64,000 bases of DNA, taken from NCBI GenBank assembly GCA_964016885.1, contig OZ024760.1, positions 34,534,001 to 34,598,000 of the forward strand, written 5' to 3'. A program made the position numbers and the translations under genes. The DNA comes from Eledone cirrhosa (taxonomy: Eukaryota). Positions 39,093 to 57,000 of the stretch are shown piece after piece (position 1 is the stretch's first letter; every line of letters begins with the position of its first letter). A model generated the notes under the pieces. It made no database searches, had not been told where the DNA came from, and worked only from the letters and a program-made list of their open reading frames with translations.

Positions 39093-42000
39093 ATTATATT
39101 ATACCACAGTCACATATGGTCTATATTATATATACCACAGTCATATCTATATCTGGTCTATATTATATTATCTACCACAGTCACATCTAGTCTATACTAT
39201 TTATACCACTGTCACATCTGGTTTATATTATATATATGACAGTCACAGCTGGTCTATATTATATTATATCACAGTCACATCTACATCTGGTCTATATTAC
39301 ATTATACCACTATCCCATCTGGTCTATATTATATTATACCACAGTTACATCTGGTCTATATTATATTATACCACAGTCACATCTGGTCTATATTATATTA
39401 TCTCCCACAATCACATCTATATCTGGTCTATATTATATTATGTCGCACAGTCACATCTACATCTGTTCTGTATTATATATGCCACAGTCACAGCGGGTCT
39501 ATATTATATATACCACTATCACATCTGGTCTATATTACATATACGACAGTCACAGCTGGTCTATATTATATACACCACAGTCACATTTGGTCTATATTAT
39601 ATTATCTACCTGGTCTATATTATATATACCAGTTACATCTGGTCTATATTATATCATACCACTATCACATCTGGTCTATATTATCTTATACCACAGTCAC
39701 ATCTGGTCTATATTATATTATACCACAGTTACATCTGGTCTATATAGTATATAGCACAGTTCTATATTATATATACCACAGTCATATCTGGTCTATATTA
39801 TATATACCACAGTCACAGCTGGTCAATAATATATTATACCACAGTCACATCTACATCTGGTCTATATTATATTATCTACTACAGTCACATCTACATTGGG
39901 TCTATATTATATTATCTAGCATAGTCACATCTACATCTGGACTATATTATATAGGCCACAATCACATCTGTTCTCTATTATATATACCACTATCTCATCT
40001 GGTCTATATTATATTATCTCCCACAGTCACATCTATATCTGGTCTATATTATATTATCTCCCACAGTTACATCTACATCTTGTCTATATTATATTATCTA
40101 CCACAGTCTCATGTACATCTGGTCTATATTATATATGCCACAGTCACATCTGGTCTATACTATATATACCACTATCACATCTGGTCTATATTATACATAC
40201 GACAGTCGCATTTGGTCTATATTATATTATCTCCCACAGCCACATCTATATCTGGTCTATATTATATTATCCCCCACAGTCACATCTCCATGTGGTCTAT
40301 ATTATATTATACCACAGACAAATTTGGTCTATACTATATATACCACAGTCACATCTATTCTATATTATATTATACCACTATCACATCTGGTCTATATTGT
40401 ATATACCACAGTCAAGTTGGTTTATATTATATATACGACTATCACATCTGGTCTATACTAAATCATATGCCAGTCACAACTGGTCTATATTATATATGAC
40501 GCAGTCATATCTAGTCTATACTATATATACCACAGTCACATCTGGTCTGTATTATATATACCACTATCACATCTTGTCTATATTATATTATATCACTGTC
40601 ACATCTGGTCTATATTATTATACTACAGTCACCTCTGATCTATATTATATGATACCACCATAACATCAGGTCTATATTATATATACCACAGTCACATCTA
40701 GTCTATATTATAACACAGTCACATCTGGTCTATATTATATATACTACAATCACATCTGGTCTATATATTATATCACAGTCACATCTATATCTGGTCTAAA
40801 TTATATTATACCACTATCACATCTGGTCTATATTACATTATACCACAGTCACATGTGGTCTATATTATATATAGCACAGTCACATCTCATCTATATTATA
40901 CCACAGTCACATATATATTGGTCTATATTATATTATCTACCTCAGTCACATCTGGTCTATATTATATTATCTACCAGAGTCACATCTACATCTGGTCTAT
41001 ATTATATATACCACAATCACATCTGGTCTATATTATATATACCACTATCACATCTGGTCTATATTATATACCAGAGTCACATCTGGTCTATATTATATTA
41101 TACCAGTCACATGTGGTCTATATTATACCACTATCACAATTGGACTATATTATATTATACCACAGTCACATCTGGTCTATATTATATTATCTCCCACAGT
41201 CACATCTATATCTGGTATATATTATATGATCTCCCACAGTCACATCTACATCTGGTCTATATTATATTATACCAGTCACATCTGGTCTATATTATACCAC
41301 TATCACCATTGGACTATATTATATTATACCACAGTCACATATGGTTTATATTATATTATCTCCCACGGTCACATCTATATCTGGTATATATTATATTATC
41401 TCCCACAGTCACATCTACATCTGGTCTATATTATATTATCTACCACAATCCCATCTACATCTGGTCTATATTATATATGCCACAGTCATATCTGGTCTAT
41501 ATTATATATGCCACAGTCACATCTGGTCTATAGTATATATACCACTATCACATCTGGTCTATATTATATATACGACAGTCACAGCTGGTCTATATTATAT
41601 ACACCACAGTCACATTTGGTCTATATTATATTATCTCCCACAGTCACATCTATATCTGGTCTATATTATATTATACCCCACATTCACATCTCCATCTGGT
41701 CTATATTATATTATCTACCACAGTCACATCTACATCTGGTCTATATTATATGTGCCACAGTCACATCTGGTCTATATTATATATGCCACTGTCACATCTG
41801 GTCTATATTATATACCACAGTCATATCTAGTCTCTATTATGTTATAGCACTATCACATCTGGTCTATATTTTACCACTATCACAATTGGACTATATTATA
41901 TTATACCACAGTCACATCTATATCTGGTATATATTATATGATCTCCCACAGTCACATCTACATCTGGTCTATATTATATTATCTACCACAGTCCCATCTA

Positions 42001-45000
42001 CATCTGGTCTATATTATATATGCCATAGTCACATCTGGTATATATTATATATACCACTATCACATCTGGTCTATATTATATATATGACAGTCACAGCTGG
42101 TCTATAGTATATACACCACAGTCACATTTGGTCTATATTAAACTATCACATCTGGTCTATACTATATATACCACAGTCACATCTGGTCTGTATTATATAT
42201 ACCACTATCACATCTTGTCTATATATTATATCACTATCACAGGTCTATATTATTATACAACAGTCACATCTGATCTATATTATATAATACCACCATAACA
42301 TCAGGTCTATATTATATATACCACAGTCACATCTGGTCTATATTATATTATACCACAGTCACATCTGGTCTATATTATATATACCACTATCACAACTGGT
42401 CTATATTATATTATACCAAAGTCACACCTGCTCTATATTATATATACCACAGTCACATCTAGTCTATATTATAACACAGTCACATCTGGTCTATATTATA
42501 TATACTACAATCACATCTGGTCTATATATTATATCACAGTCACATCTATATCTGGTCTAAATTATATTATACCACTATCACATCTGGTCTATATTACATT
42601 ATACCACAGTCACATGTGGTCTATATTATATATAGCACAGTCACATCTCATCTATATTATACCACAGTCACATATATATTGGTCTATATTATATTATCTA
42701 CCTCAGTCACATCTGGTCTATATTATATTATCTACCAGAGTCACATCTACATCTGGTCTATATTATATATACCACAATCACATCTGGTCTATATTATATA
42801 TACCACTATCACATCTGGTCTATATTATATACCAGAGTCACATCTGGTCTATATTATATTATACCAGTCACATGTGGTCTATATTATACCACTATCACAA
42901 TTGGACTATATTATATTATACCACAGTCACATCTGGTCTATATTATATTATCTCCCACAGTCACATCTATATCTGGTATATATTATATGATCTCCCACAG
43001 TCACATCTACATCTGGTCTATATTATATTATCTACCACAGTCCCATCTACATCTGGTCTATATTATATATGCCATAGTCTCATCTGGTCTATATTATATT
43101 ATACCAGTCACATCTGGTCTATATTATACCACTATCACCATTGGACTATATTATATTATACCACAGTCACATATGGTTTATATTATATTATCTCCCACGG
43201 TCACATCTATATCTGGTATATATTATATTATCTCCCACAGTCACATCTACATCTGGTCTATATTATATTATCTACCACAATCCCATCTACATCTGGTCTA
43301 TATTATATATGCCACAGTCATATCTGGTCTATATTATATATGCCACAGTCACATCTGGTCTATAGTATATATACCACTATCACATCTGGTCTATATTATA
43401 TATACGACAGTCACAGCTGGTCTATATTATATACACCACAGTCACATTTGGTCTATATTATATTATCTCCCACAGTCACATCTATATCTGGTCTATATTA
43501 TATTATACCCCACATTCACATCTCCATCTGGTCTATATTATATTATCTACCACAGTCACATCTACATCTGGTCTATATTATATGTGCCACAGTCACATCT
43601 GGTCTATATTATATATGCCACTGTCACATCTGGTCTATATTATATACCACAGTCATATCTAGTCTCTATTATGTTATAGCACTATCACATCTGGTCTATA
43701 TTTTACCACTATCACAATTGGACTATATTATATTATACCACAGTCACATCTATATCTGGTATATATTATATGATCTCCCACAGTCACATCTACATCTGGT
43801 CTATATTATATTATCTACCACAGTCCCATCTACATCTGGTCTATATTATATATGCCATAGTCACATCTGGTATATATTATATATACCACTATCACATCTG
43901 GTCTATATTATATATATGACAGTCACAGCTGGTCTATAGTATATACACCACAGTCACATTTGGTCTATATTAAACTATCACATCTGGTCTATACTATATA
44001 TACCACAGTCACATCTGGTCTGTATTATATATACCACTATCACATCTTGTCTATATATTATATCACTATCACAGGTCTATATTATTATACAACAGTCACA
44101 TCTGATCTATATTATATAATACCACCATAACATCAGGTCTATATTATATATACCACAGTCACATCTGGTCTATATTATATTATACCACAGTCACATCTGG
44201 TCTATATTATATATACCACTATCACAACTGGTCTATATTATATTATACCAAAGTCACACCTGCTCTATATTATATTATACCAGAGTCACATCTGGTCTAT
44301 ATTATATATATCACAGTCACATCTGGTCTATATTACACCACAGTCACATCTAATTTATATTATATATACCACAGTCACATCTGGTCTATATTATATATAC
44401 CACTATCACATCTGGTCTATATTATATTATACCACTATCACATCTGGTCTATATTATATATACCACTATCACATCTGGTCTATATTATATTATATCACAG
44501 TCACATCTACATCTGCTCTATATTATATTATACCACTATCACATCTGGTCTATATTATATTATACCACAGTCACATCTGGTCTATATTATATTTTACCAC
44601 AGTCATATTGGGTATATATTATATATAGCACAGTCACATCTGGTCTATATTATATTATACCACAGTCACATCTACATCTGGTCTATATTATATTATCTAC
44701 CACAGTCACATCTACATCGGGTCTATATTATATTATCTACCACAGTCACATCTACATCTGGTCTATAGTGTATATGTCACAATCATATCTGGTCTATATT
44801 ATATATACCACTATCACATCTGGTCTATATTATATATCACAGTCACATCTGGTCTATATTATACTATACCAGTCACATCTGGTCTATATTATACCACTAT
44901 CACAATTGGTCTATATTATATTATACCACAGTCACATCTGGTCTATATTATATTGTACCACTATCACATCAGGTCTTTATTATATATACCACTATCACAT

Positions 45001-48000
45001 CTAGTCTATATTATATACCACAGTCACATGTGCTCAATATTATATACCACTATCTATATTATGTTATATACCACTATCACATCTGGTCTATATTATATAT
45101 ATCACAGCCACATCTGGTCTATATTATATTATATCACTATCACATCTGGTTTATATTATATTATACCACTATCACAACTGGTCTATATTATATTATACCA
45201 AAGTCAGATCTGGTCTATATTATATATAGCAGAGTCACATTGTGTCTATATTATATATAACACTATCACATCTGGTCTATATTATATGATACGACAGTAA
45301 TATCTACATCTGGTCTATATTATATTATCTACCACAGTCACATCTACATCTGGTCTATATTATATTATCTACCACAGTTACATCTACATCTGGTCTATAT
45401 TATATATGCCACAGTCATATCTGGTCTATATTATATATACCACTGTCACATCATGTCTATATTATATACCACACTCACATCTAGTCTCTATTATATTATA
45501 CCACTGTCACATCTGTTCTATATTATATTATACCACAGACATATTTGGTCTATACTATATATACCACAGTCACATCGAGTCTATATTATATTATACCACT
45601 ATCACATGTGGTCATATTATATATACCACAGTCACATCTGGTTTATATTATATATACCACTATCACATCTGATCTATACTAAATTATATCACAGTCACAT
45701 CTGGTCTATATTATATATACCACTATCACATCTTGTCTATATTATATTATACCACAGTCATGTCTGGTCTATATTATATATACCACTATCACATCTGGTC
45801 TATATTATATTATACCACAGTCACACCTGGTCTATATTATATTATACCACAGTCACATCTGGTCTATATTATATACGACTGACATCTGGTCTATATTATA
45901 TCAGTCACATCTAGTCTATATTATATGTAGCAAATTCACATATGGTCTATATTTTATATACCATTATCACACCTGGTCTATAATATATGATATCAGTCAC
46001 TTCTGGTGTATATTATATATACCACAGTTACATCTAGTCTATATTATATTATACCACTATCACATCTGGTCTATATTATATATACCACAGTCACAGCTGG
46101 TCAATATTATATATACCACATTCACATCTGGTCTATATTATATTATACCACAGTCACATCTGGTCTATATTATATACCACACTCACATCTGGTCTATATT
46201 GTATTATAGCAGTATTACATCTGGTCTATATTGTATTATACCACTAGCACATCTGGTCTATATTATATATACCAGTCACATCTGGTCTATATTATATATA
46301 CCACTATCACATTTAGTTTATCTTATATATACTACTATCACATCTGGTCTATATTATATATACCACAATCACATCTAGTCAATATTATTTTATATCACAG
46401 TCACATCTGGTCTATATATATTATCTACCACAATCACATCTACATCTGGTCTCTATTATATTATACCACAGTCGCATCTGGTCTATATTATATATATACC
46501 AGTCACATCTGGTCTTTATTATATATACCACTATCACATATGGTCTATATTATATTATACCAATATCAGATCCGGTCTATATTATATTATACCAGTCACA
46601 TCTGGTCTATATTATATATACCACTATCACATCTGGTCTATATTATATATACCACTATCACATCTGGTCTATATTATATATACCACAGTCAGGTCTGGAC
46701 TATATTATATCACATCTACATCTGGTCTATATAATATATAGCACAGTCACATCTGGTCTATATTATATTATATCACTCACATCTGGTCTATATTATATAT
46801 TCCACAGTCACATCTGGTCTATATAATATATACCACTGTCACATCTGCTCTATATTAGATATACGACAGTCACAGCTGGTCTATATTATATTATACCACT
46901 GTTACATTTGGTCCATATTATATTATACCACAGACACATTTGGTCTATACTGTATATACCACAGTCACTCTAGTCTATATTATATTATACCACAGACACA
47001 TTTGGCCTATACTATATATACCACAGTCACATCTGGTCTATATTATATCATACCACTATCACAACTGGTCTATATTATATTATACCACTATCAGATCCGG
47101 TCTATATTATATTATACCACAGACACATCTGGTCTATATTATATATACCACTATCACATCTGGTCTATATTATATATACCACAGTCAGGTCTGGACTATA
47201 TTATATCACAGTCACATCTGGTCTATATTATCTATACTGCAGTCACATCTGGTCTATATTATATTATACCACTATCACATCTGGTGTATATTATATTATA
47301 CCACAGTCACATCTAGTCTATATTCTATATACCGCAGTCATATATGGTCTATGTTATATATACCACAGTCACATTTCGTCTATAATATATTATACCAGAA
47401 TCACATCTGGTCTATATTGTATTATTTCACTATCGCATCTGGTCTATATTATATATACCACTGTCACATTTCGTCTATACTGTATATACCACAGTCACAT
47501 CTAGTCTATATTATATTATACCACTATCACATCTGGTCTATATTATATATACCACAGTCACAGCTGGTCTATATTATATGTACCGCAGTCACATCTGGTC
47601 TATATTATATGTACCGCAGTCACATCTGGTCTACATCATATACCACAGTCACACCTGGTCTATGTTGTATTATAGCACTATCACATCTGGTCTATATTAT
47701 ATATACCACTATCACATCTGGTCTATATTATATATAACACAGTCATATCTGGTCTATATTATATTATACCAGTCACATCTGGTCTATATCCCATCTGGTC
47801 TATATTATATATACCTCATTCACATCTGGTCTATATTATATATACCACTGTCATATCTGGTCTATATTATATATACCACTATCACATCTTGTCTATATTA
47901 TATATACCACGGTGACATCTTGTCTATATTATATCACAGTCACATCTGGTTTATATTATATTATATCAGTCACAACTGGTCTATATTATATTATACCAGT

Positions 48001-51000
48001 CAAATCTGGTCTATATTATATACCACAGTCACACCTGGTCTATGTTGTATTATAGCACTATCACATATGGTCTATATTATATATACCACTATCACATACG
48101 GTCTATATTATATATACCACAGTCATATCTGGTCTATATTATATTATACCACAGTCACATCTGGTCTATATTATACATACCACTATCCCATCTGGTCTAT
48201 ATTATATATACCGCAGTCACATCAGGTCTATATTATATATACCACATTCACATCTGGTCTATATTATATATACCACTGTCACATCTGGTCTATATTATAT
48301 ATACCACTATCACATCTGGTCTATATTATATATACCACAGTGACATCTGGTCTATATTATATCACAGTCACATCTGGTTTATATTATATTATATCAGTCG
48401 CAACTGGTCTATATTATATTATACCACTCACATTTGGTCTATACTATATATACCACAGTCACATCTAGTCTATATTATATTATACCACTATCACATCAGG
48501 TCTATATTATATTATACCAGTCACATCTGGTCTATATTATATATACCACAGTCACATCTGGTCTATATTATACTGCAGTTACATCTGGTCTATATTATAT
48601 ACCAGTCACATCTGGTCTATATTGTATTATAGCACTATCACATCAGATCTATATTATATATACCACTGTCACATCTGGTCTATATTATACCACAGTCACA
48701 TCTGCTCTATATTATATTGTTCCACAGTCACATCTGGTCTATAGTATATTGTACCACAGTCACATCTGGTCTATATTATATATACCAATTTTCCATCTGG
48801 TCTATATTATATACCGCAGTCACAGCTGGTCTATATTATATATACCGCATTCACATCTTGTCTATAGTATATACACCACTGTCACATCTGGTCCATATTA
48901 TATATACCACTATCACATCTGGTCTATATTATATATACCACGGTCACATCTGGTCTATATTATATATCAGTCACATCTGGTCTATATTATATTATACCAC
49001 AGTCATATCTGGTCTATATTATATATACCACAGTCACATCTGGTCTATATTATATATACCACTATCACATCTGGTCTATATTATATCACAGTCACATCTG
49101 GTCTATATATTATACCACAGTCACATCTGGTCTATATTATACCACAGTCACATCAGGTCTATATTACATTATACCACAGTCACATCTCGTCTATATTATA
49201 CCACAGTCACATCTATATTGGTCTATATTATATTATCTACCTCAGTCACATCTGGTCTATATTATATTATCTACCAGAGTCACATCTATATCTGGTCTAT
49301 ATTATATATACCACAATCACATCTGGTCTATATTATATACCAGTGTCACATCTGGTCTATATTATATTATACCAGTCACATCTGGTCTATATTATACCAC
49401 TATCACAATTGGTCTATATTATATTATACCACTATCACAATTGGTCTATATTATATTATACCACAGTCACATCTGGTCTACATTATATTATACCAGTCAC
49501 ATATGGTCTATATTATATTATACCTCTATCACATCAGGTCTTTATTATATATACCACTATCACATCTAGTCTATATTATATACCACAGTCACATGTGCTC
49601 AATATTATCTGGTCTATTATATTATACCACTATCACATCTGGTCTATATTATATTATACCACTGTCACATCTGGTCTATATTATATTATACCACAGACAC
49701 ATTTGGTCTATACTATATATACCACAGTCACATCTAGTCTATATTATATTATACCACTATCACATCTGGTCTATATTGTATATACTACAGTCAATCTGGT
49801 TTATATTATATATACCACTATCATATCTGGTCTATACTAAATTATATCACAGTCACATCTGGTCTATATTAGATATGACACAGTCACATCTGGTCTATTC
49901 TATATATACCACAGTCACATCTGGTCTATATTATATATACCACTATCATATCTGGTCTATATTATATATCACAGTCACATCTGGTCTATATTATATTATA
50001 CCAGTCACATCTGGTCTATATTATACCACTATCACAATTGGTCTATATTATATTATACCACAGTCACATCTGGTCTACATTATATTATACCAGTCACATA
50101 TGGTCTATATTATATTATACCACTATCACATCAGGTCTTTATTATATATACCACTATCACATCTAGTCTATATTATATACCACAGTCACATGTGCTCAAT
50201 ATTATATACCACTATCACATCTGGTCTATATTATATATACCACTATCACATCTGGTCTATATTATATTATACCAAAGTCACATCTGGTCTATATTATATA
50301 TATCACAGTCACATCTGGTCTATATTATATTATACCACTATCACATCTGGTTTATATGATATTATACCACTATCACAACTGGTCTATATTATATTATACC
50401 AAAGTCACATCTGGTCTATATTACATATAGCAGAGTCACATCCGGTCTATATTATATATATCACTATCACATCTGGTCTATATTATATATACCACAGTCA
50501 CATCTGGTCTATATTATATTATACGACATTAATATCTACATCTGGTCTATATTATATTGTCTACCACAGTCACATCTACATCTGGTCTATATTATATTAT
50601 CTACCACAGTTACATCTACATCTGGTCTATATGATATATGCCACAGTCACATCTGGTCTATATTATATATACCACTGTCACATCTGTTCTATATTATATT
50701 ATACCACAGACATATTTGGTCTATACTATATATACCACAGTCACATCGAGTCTATATTATATTATACCGCTATCACATGTGGTCATATTATATATACCAC
50801 AGTCACATCTGGTTTATATTATATATACCACTATCACATCTGGTCTATACTAAATTATATCACAGTCACATCTGGTCTATATTATATATACCACTATCAC
50901 ACCTTGTCTATATTATATTATACCACAGTCATGTCTGGTCTATATTATATATACCACTATCACATCTGGTCTATATTATATTATACCACAGTCACACCTG

Positions 51001-54000
51001 GTCTATATTATATTATACCACAGTCACATCTGGTCTATAGTATATACGACAGTGACATCTGGTCTATATTATATTATATCACAGTCACATCTGGTCTATA
51101 TTATATTATACCTCTATCACATATAGTGTATATTATATGTAGCAAATTCACATATGGTCTATATTTTATATACCACTATCATACCTGGTCTATATTATAT
51201 GATATCAGTCACTTCTGGTGTATATTATATATACCACAGTTACATCTAGTCTATATTATATTATACCACTATCACATCTGGTCTATATTATATATACCAC
51301 AGTCACATCTGGTCTATATTATATATACCACTATCACATCTGGTCTATATTATATCACAGTCACATCTGGTCTATATATTATACCACAGTCACATCTGGT
51401 CTATATTATACCACAGTCACATCAGGTCTATATTACATTATACCACAGTCACATCTCGTCTATATTATACCACAGTCACATCTATATTGGTCTATATTAT
51501 ATTATCTACCTCAGTCACATCTGGTCTATATTATATTATCTACCAGAGTCACATCTATATCTGGTCTATATTATATATACCACAATCACATCTGGTCTAT
51601 ATTATATACCAGTGTCACATCTGGTCTATATTATATTATACCAGTCACATCTGGTCTATATTATACCACTATCACAATTGGTCTATATTATATTATACCA
51701 CTATCACAATTGGTCTATATTATATTATACCACAGTCACATCTGGTCTACATTATATTATACCAGTCACATATGGTCTATATTATATTATACCTCTATCA
51801 CATCAGGTCTTTATTATATATACCACTATCACATCTAGTCTATATTATATACCACAGTCACATGTGCTCAATATTATCTGGTCTATTATATTATACCACT
51901 ATCACATCTGGTCTATATTATATTATACCACTGTCACATCTGGTCTATATTATATTATACCACAGACACATTTGGTCTATACTATATATACCACAGTCAC
52001 ATCTAGTCTATATTATATTATACCACTATCACATCTGGTCTATATTGTATATACTACAGTCAATCTGGTTTATATTATATATACCACTATCATATCTGGT
52101 CTATACTAAATTATATCACAGTCACATCTGGTCTATATTAGATATGACACAGTCACATCTGGTCTATTCTATATATACCACAGTCACATCTGGTCTATAT
52201 TATATATACCACTATCATATCTGGTCTATATTATATATCACAGTCACATCTGGTCTATATTATATTATACCAGTCACATCTGGTCTATATTATACCACTA
52301 TCACAATTGGTCTATATTATATTATACCACAGTCACATCTGGTCTACATTATATTATACCAGTCACATATGGTCTATATTATATTATACCACTATCACAT
52401 CAGGTCTTTATTATATATACCACTATCACATCTAGTCTATATTATATACCACAGTCACATGTGCTCAATATTATATACCACTATCACATCTGGTCTATAT
52501 TATATATACCACTATCACATCTGGTCTATATTATATTATACCAAAGTCACATCTGGTCTATATTATATATATCACAGTCACATCTGGTCTATATTATATT
52601 ATACCACTATCACATCTGGTTTATATGATATTATACCACTATCACAACTGGTCTATATTATATTATACCAAAGTCACATCTGGTCTATATTACATATAGC
52701 AGAGTCACATCCGGTCTATATTATATATATCACTATCACATCTGGTCTATATTATATATACCACAGTCACATATGGTCTATATTATATTATACGACATTA
52801 ATATCTACATCTGGTCTATATTATATTGTCTACCACAGTCACATCTACATCTGGTCTATATTATATTATCTACCACAGTTACATCTACATCTGGTCTATA
52901 TGATATATGCCACAGTCACATCTGGTCTATATTATATATACCACTGTCACATCTGTTCTATATTATATTATACCACAGACATATTTGGTCTATACTATAT
53001 ATACCACAGTCACATCGAGTCTATATTATATTATACCGCTATCACATGTGGTCATATTATATATACCACAGTCACATCTGGTTTATATTATATATACCAC
53101 TATCACATCTGGTCTATACTAAATTATATCACAGTCACATCTGGTCTATATTATATATACCACTATCACACCTTGTCTATATTATATTATACCACAGTCA
53201 TGTCTGGTCTATATTATATATACCACTATCACATTTGGTCTATATTATATTATACCACAGTCACACCTGGTCTATATTATATTATACCACAGTCACATCT
53301 GGTCTATAGTATATACGACAGTGACATCTGGTCTATATTATATTATATCACAGTCACATCTGGTCTATATTATATTATACCTCTATCACATATAGTGTAT
53401 ATTATATGTAGCAAATTCACATATGGTCTATATTTTATATACCACTATCATACCTGGTCTATATTATATGATATCAGTCACTTCTGGTGTATATTATATA
53501 TACCACAGTTACATCTAGTCTATATTATATTATACCACTATCACATCTGGTCTATATTATATATACCACAGTAACAGCTGGTCAATATTATATATACCGC
53601 ATTCACATCTGGTCTATGTTATATATACCACAGTCACATCTTGTCTATATTATATTATACCACAGTCACATCTGGTCTATATTATATACCACACTCACAT
53701 CTGGTCTATATTGTATTATAGCACTATCACATCTGGTCTATATTGTATTATACCACTAGCACATCTGGTCTATATTATATATACCAGTCACATCTGGTCT
53801 ATATTATATATACCACTATCACATTTAGTTTATATTATATATACTACTATCACGTCTGGTCTATATTATATATACCACAATCACATCTAGTCTATATTAT
53901 TTTATATCACAGTCACATCTGGTCTATATATATTATCTACCACAGTCACATCTACATCTGGTCTATATTATATTATACCACAGTCGCATCTGGTCTATAT

Positions 54001-57000
54001 TATATATATACCAGTCACATCTGGTCTTTATTATATATACCACTATCACATATGGTCTATATTATATTTTACCACTATCAGATCCGGTCTATATTATATT
54101 ATACCAGTCACATCTGGTCTATATTATATATACCACTATCACATCTGGTCTATATTATATATACCACTATCACATCTGGTCTATATTATATATACCACAG
54201 TCAGGTCTGGACTATATTATATCACATTCACATCTGATCTATATTATATACCACAGTTACATCTGGTCTATATTATATATACGACAGTCACATCTAGTCT
54301 ATATTATATCACAGTCACATCTGGTCTCTATTATATATACCGTAGTCACATATGGTCTATGTTATATATACCACAGTCACATCTTGCCTATTTTGTATTA
54401 TACCAGTGTCACATCTGGACTATATTATATACCACTGTCACATCTGGTCTATATTGTATTAGCACTATCACATCTGGTCTATAATATATATACCACTATC
54501 ACATCTGCTCTATATTATATTATACCAGTCACATCTAGTCTATATTATATTATACCACTATCACATCTGGTCTATATTATATATACCACAGTCACTGCTG
54601 GTCTAAATTATATATACTGCATTCACATCTGGTCTATATTATATTATACCACTGTCACATCTGGTCTATATTATATTATACCACAGTCATATCTAGTCTA
54701 TATTGTATATACCACAGTCACATCTGGTCTATATTATATATACCACAGTCACATCTGCTCTGTATTATATATACCATTATCACATCTCGTCTATACTATA
54801 TTATATCACAGTCACTTCTGGTCTATATTATCTATACTGCAGTCACATATGGTCTATGTTATATATACCACAGTCACATCTTGTCTATATTATATTATAC
54901 CAGAGTCACACCTGGTCGATATTATATACCACAGTCACATCTGGTCTATATTGTATTATGGCACTAACACATCTGGTCTATATTGTATTATACCACTATC
55001 ACATCTGCTCTATATTATATTATATTATACCAGTCAGATCTGGTCTATATTATATATACAACAGTCACATCTGGTCTATATTATATTATATCACAGTCAC
55101 ATCTGGTCTATATTATATTATACCACTATCACATCTGGTCTATATTATATATACCACAGTCACCTCTGGCCTGTATTATATTATACCACAGTCTATCTAT
55201 ATCTGGTCTATATTATATTATCTACCACAATCACATCTACATCTGGTCTATATTATATTATCTACCACAGTCACATGTACATCTGGTTTATATTATATGG
55301 CACAGTCAGATCTGGTCTATATTATATTATACCACTGTCACATCTGCTCTATATTATATTATTCGACAGTCACATCTGATCTATACTATATATACCACAG
55401 TCACATATAGTCTATATTATATTATACCACAGTCACATCTGGTCTATATAATATATAGCAGTCACATCTGGTCTATATTATATTATATCACTGTCACATC
55501 TGGTCTATATTATATATGCCACAGTCACATCTGGTCTATATAATATATACCACTATCACATCTGGTCTATATTATATATACGACAGTCACAGCTGGTCTA
55601 TATTATATTATACCACTGTCACATCTGGTCTATATTATATTATACCACAGTCACATTTGCCCTATACTATATATACCACAGTCACATCTGGTCTATATTA
55701 TATATACCACAGTAACATCTGGTCTATATTATATCATACCACTATCACAACTGGTCTATATTATATTATACCACAGTCACATCTGGTCTATATTATATTA
55801 TACCACACTCACACCTGGTCTATATTATATTATACCACTATCAAATCCGGTCTATATTATATTATACCACAGACACATCTGGTCTATATTATATTATATC
55901 ACAGTCACATCTGGTCTATATTATATTATACCACTATCACATCTGGTCTATATTATATTATACCAGTCACATCTGGTGTATATTATATTATACCAGTCAC
56001 ATCTGGTCTATATTATATATACTACAGTCACATCTGGTCTATATTATATTAGTCACATCTGGTCTATATTATATCACAGTCACATCTGGTCTATATTATA
56101 TTATACCACTATCACATCTGGTCTATATTATATTATACCAGTCACATCTGGTCTATATTATATATACTACAGTCACATCTGGTCTATATTATATCACAGT
56201 CACATCTGGTCTATATTATATCACAGTCACATCTGGTCTATATTATATTATACCACTATCACATCTGCTCTATATTATATTATACCACAGTCACATCTGG
56301 TCTATATTATATATACTGCAGTCACATATGGTCTATGTTATATATATCACAGTCACATCTCGTCTATAATATATTATACCAGAATCACATCTGGTCTATA
56401 TTGTATTATAGCACTATCACATCTGGTCTATATTATATATACCACTGTCACATTTCGTCTATACTATATATACCACAGTCACATCTAGTCTATATTATAT
56501 TATACCACTATCACATCTGGTCTATATTATATATACCAGTCACAGCTGGTCTATATTATATGTACCGCAGTCACATCTGGTCTATATTATATTATACCAC
56601 AGTCACATCTTGTCTATATCATATACCACAGTTACACCTTGTCTATGTTGTATTATAGCACTATCACATCTGGTCTATATTATATATACCACTATCACAT
56701 CTGGTCTATATTATATATACCACAGTCATATCTGGTCTATATTATACATACCACTATCCCATCTGGTCTATATTATATATACCACGGTCACATCAGGTCT
56801 ATATTATATATACCTCATTCACATCTGGTCTATATTATATATACCACTGTCACATCTGGTCTATATTATATATACCACTATCACATCTTGTCTATATTAT
56901 ATATACCACGGTGACATCTTGTCTATATTATATCACAGTCACATCTGGTTTATATTATGTTATATTAGTCACAACTGGTCTATATTATATACCACACTCA

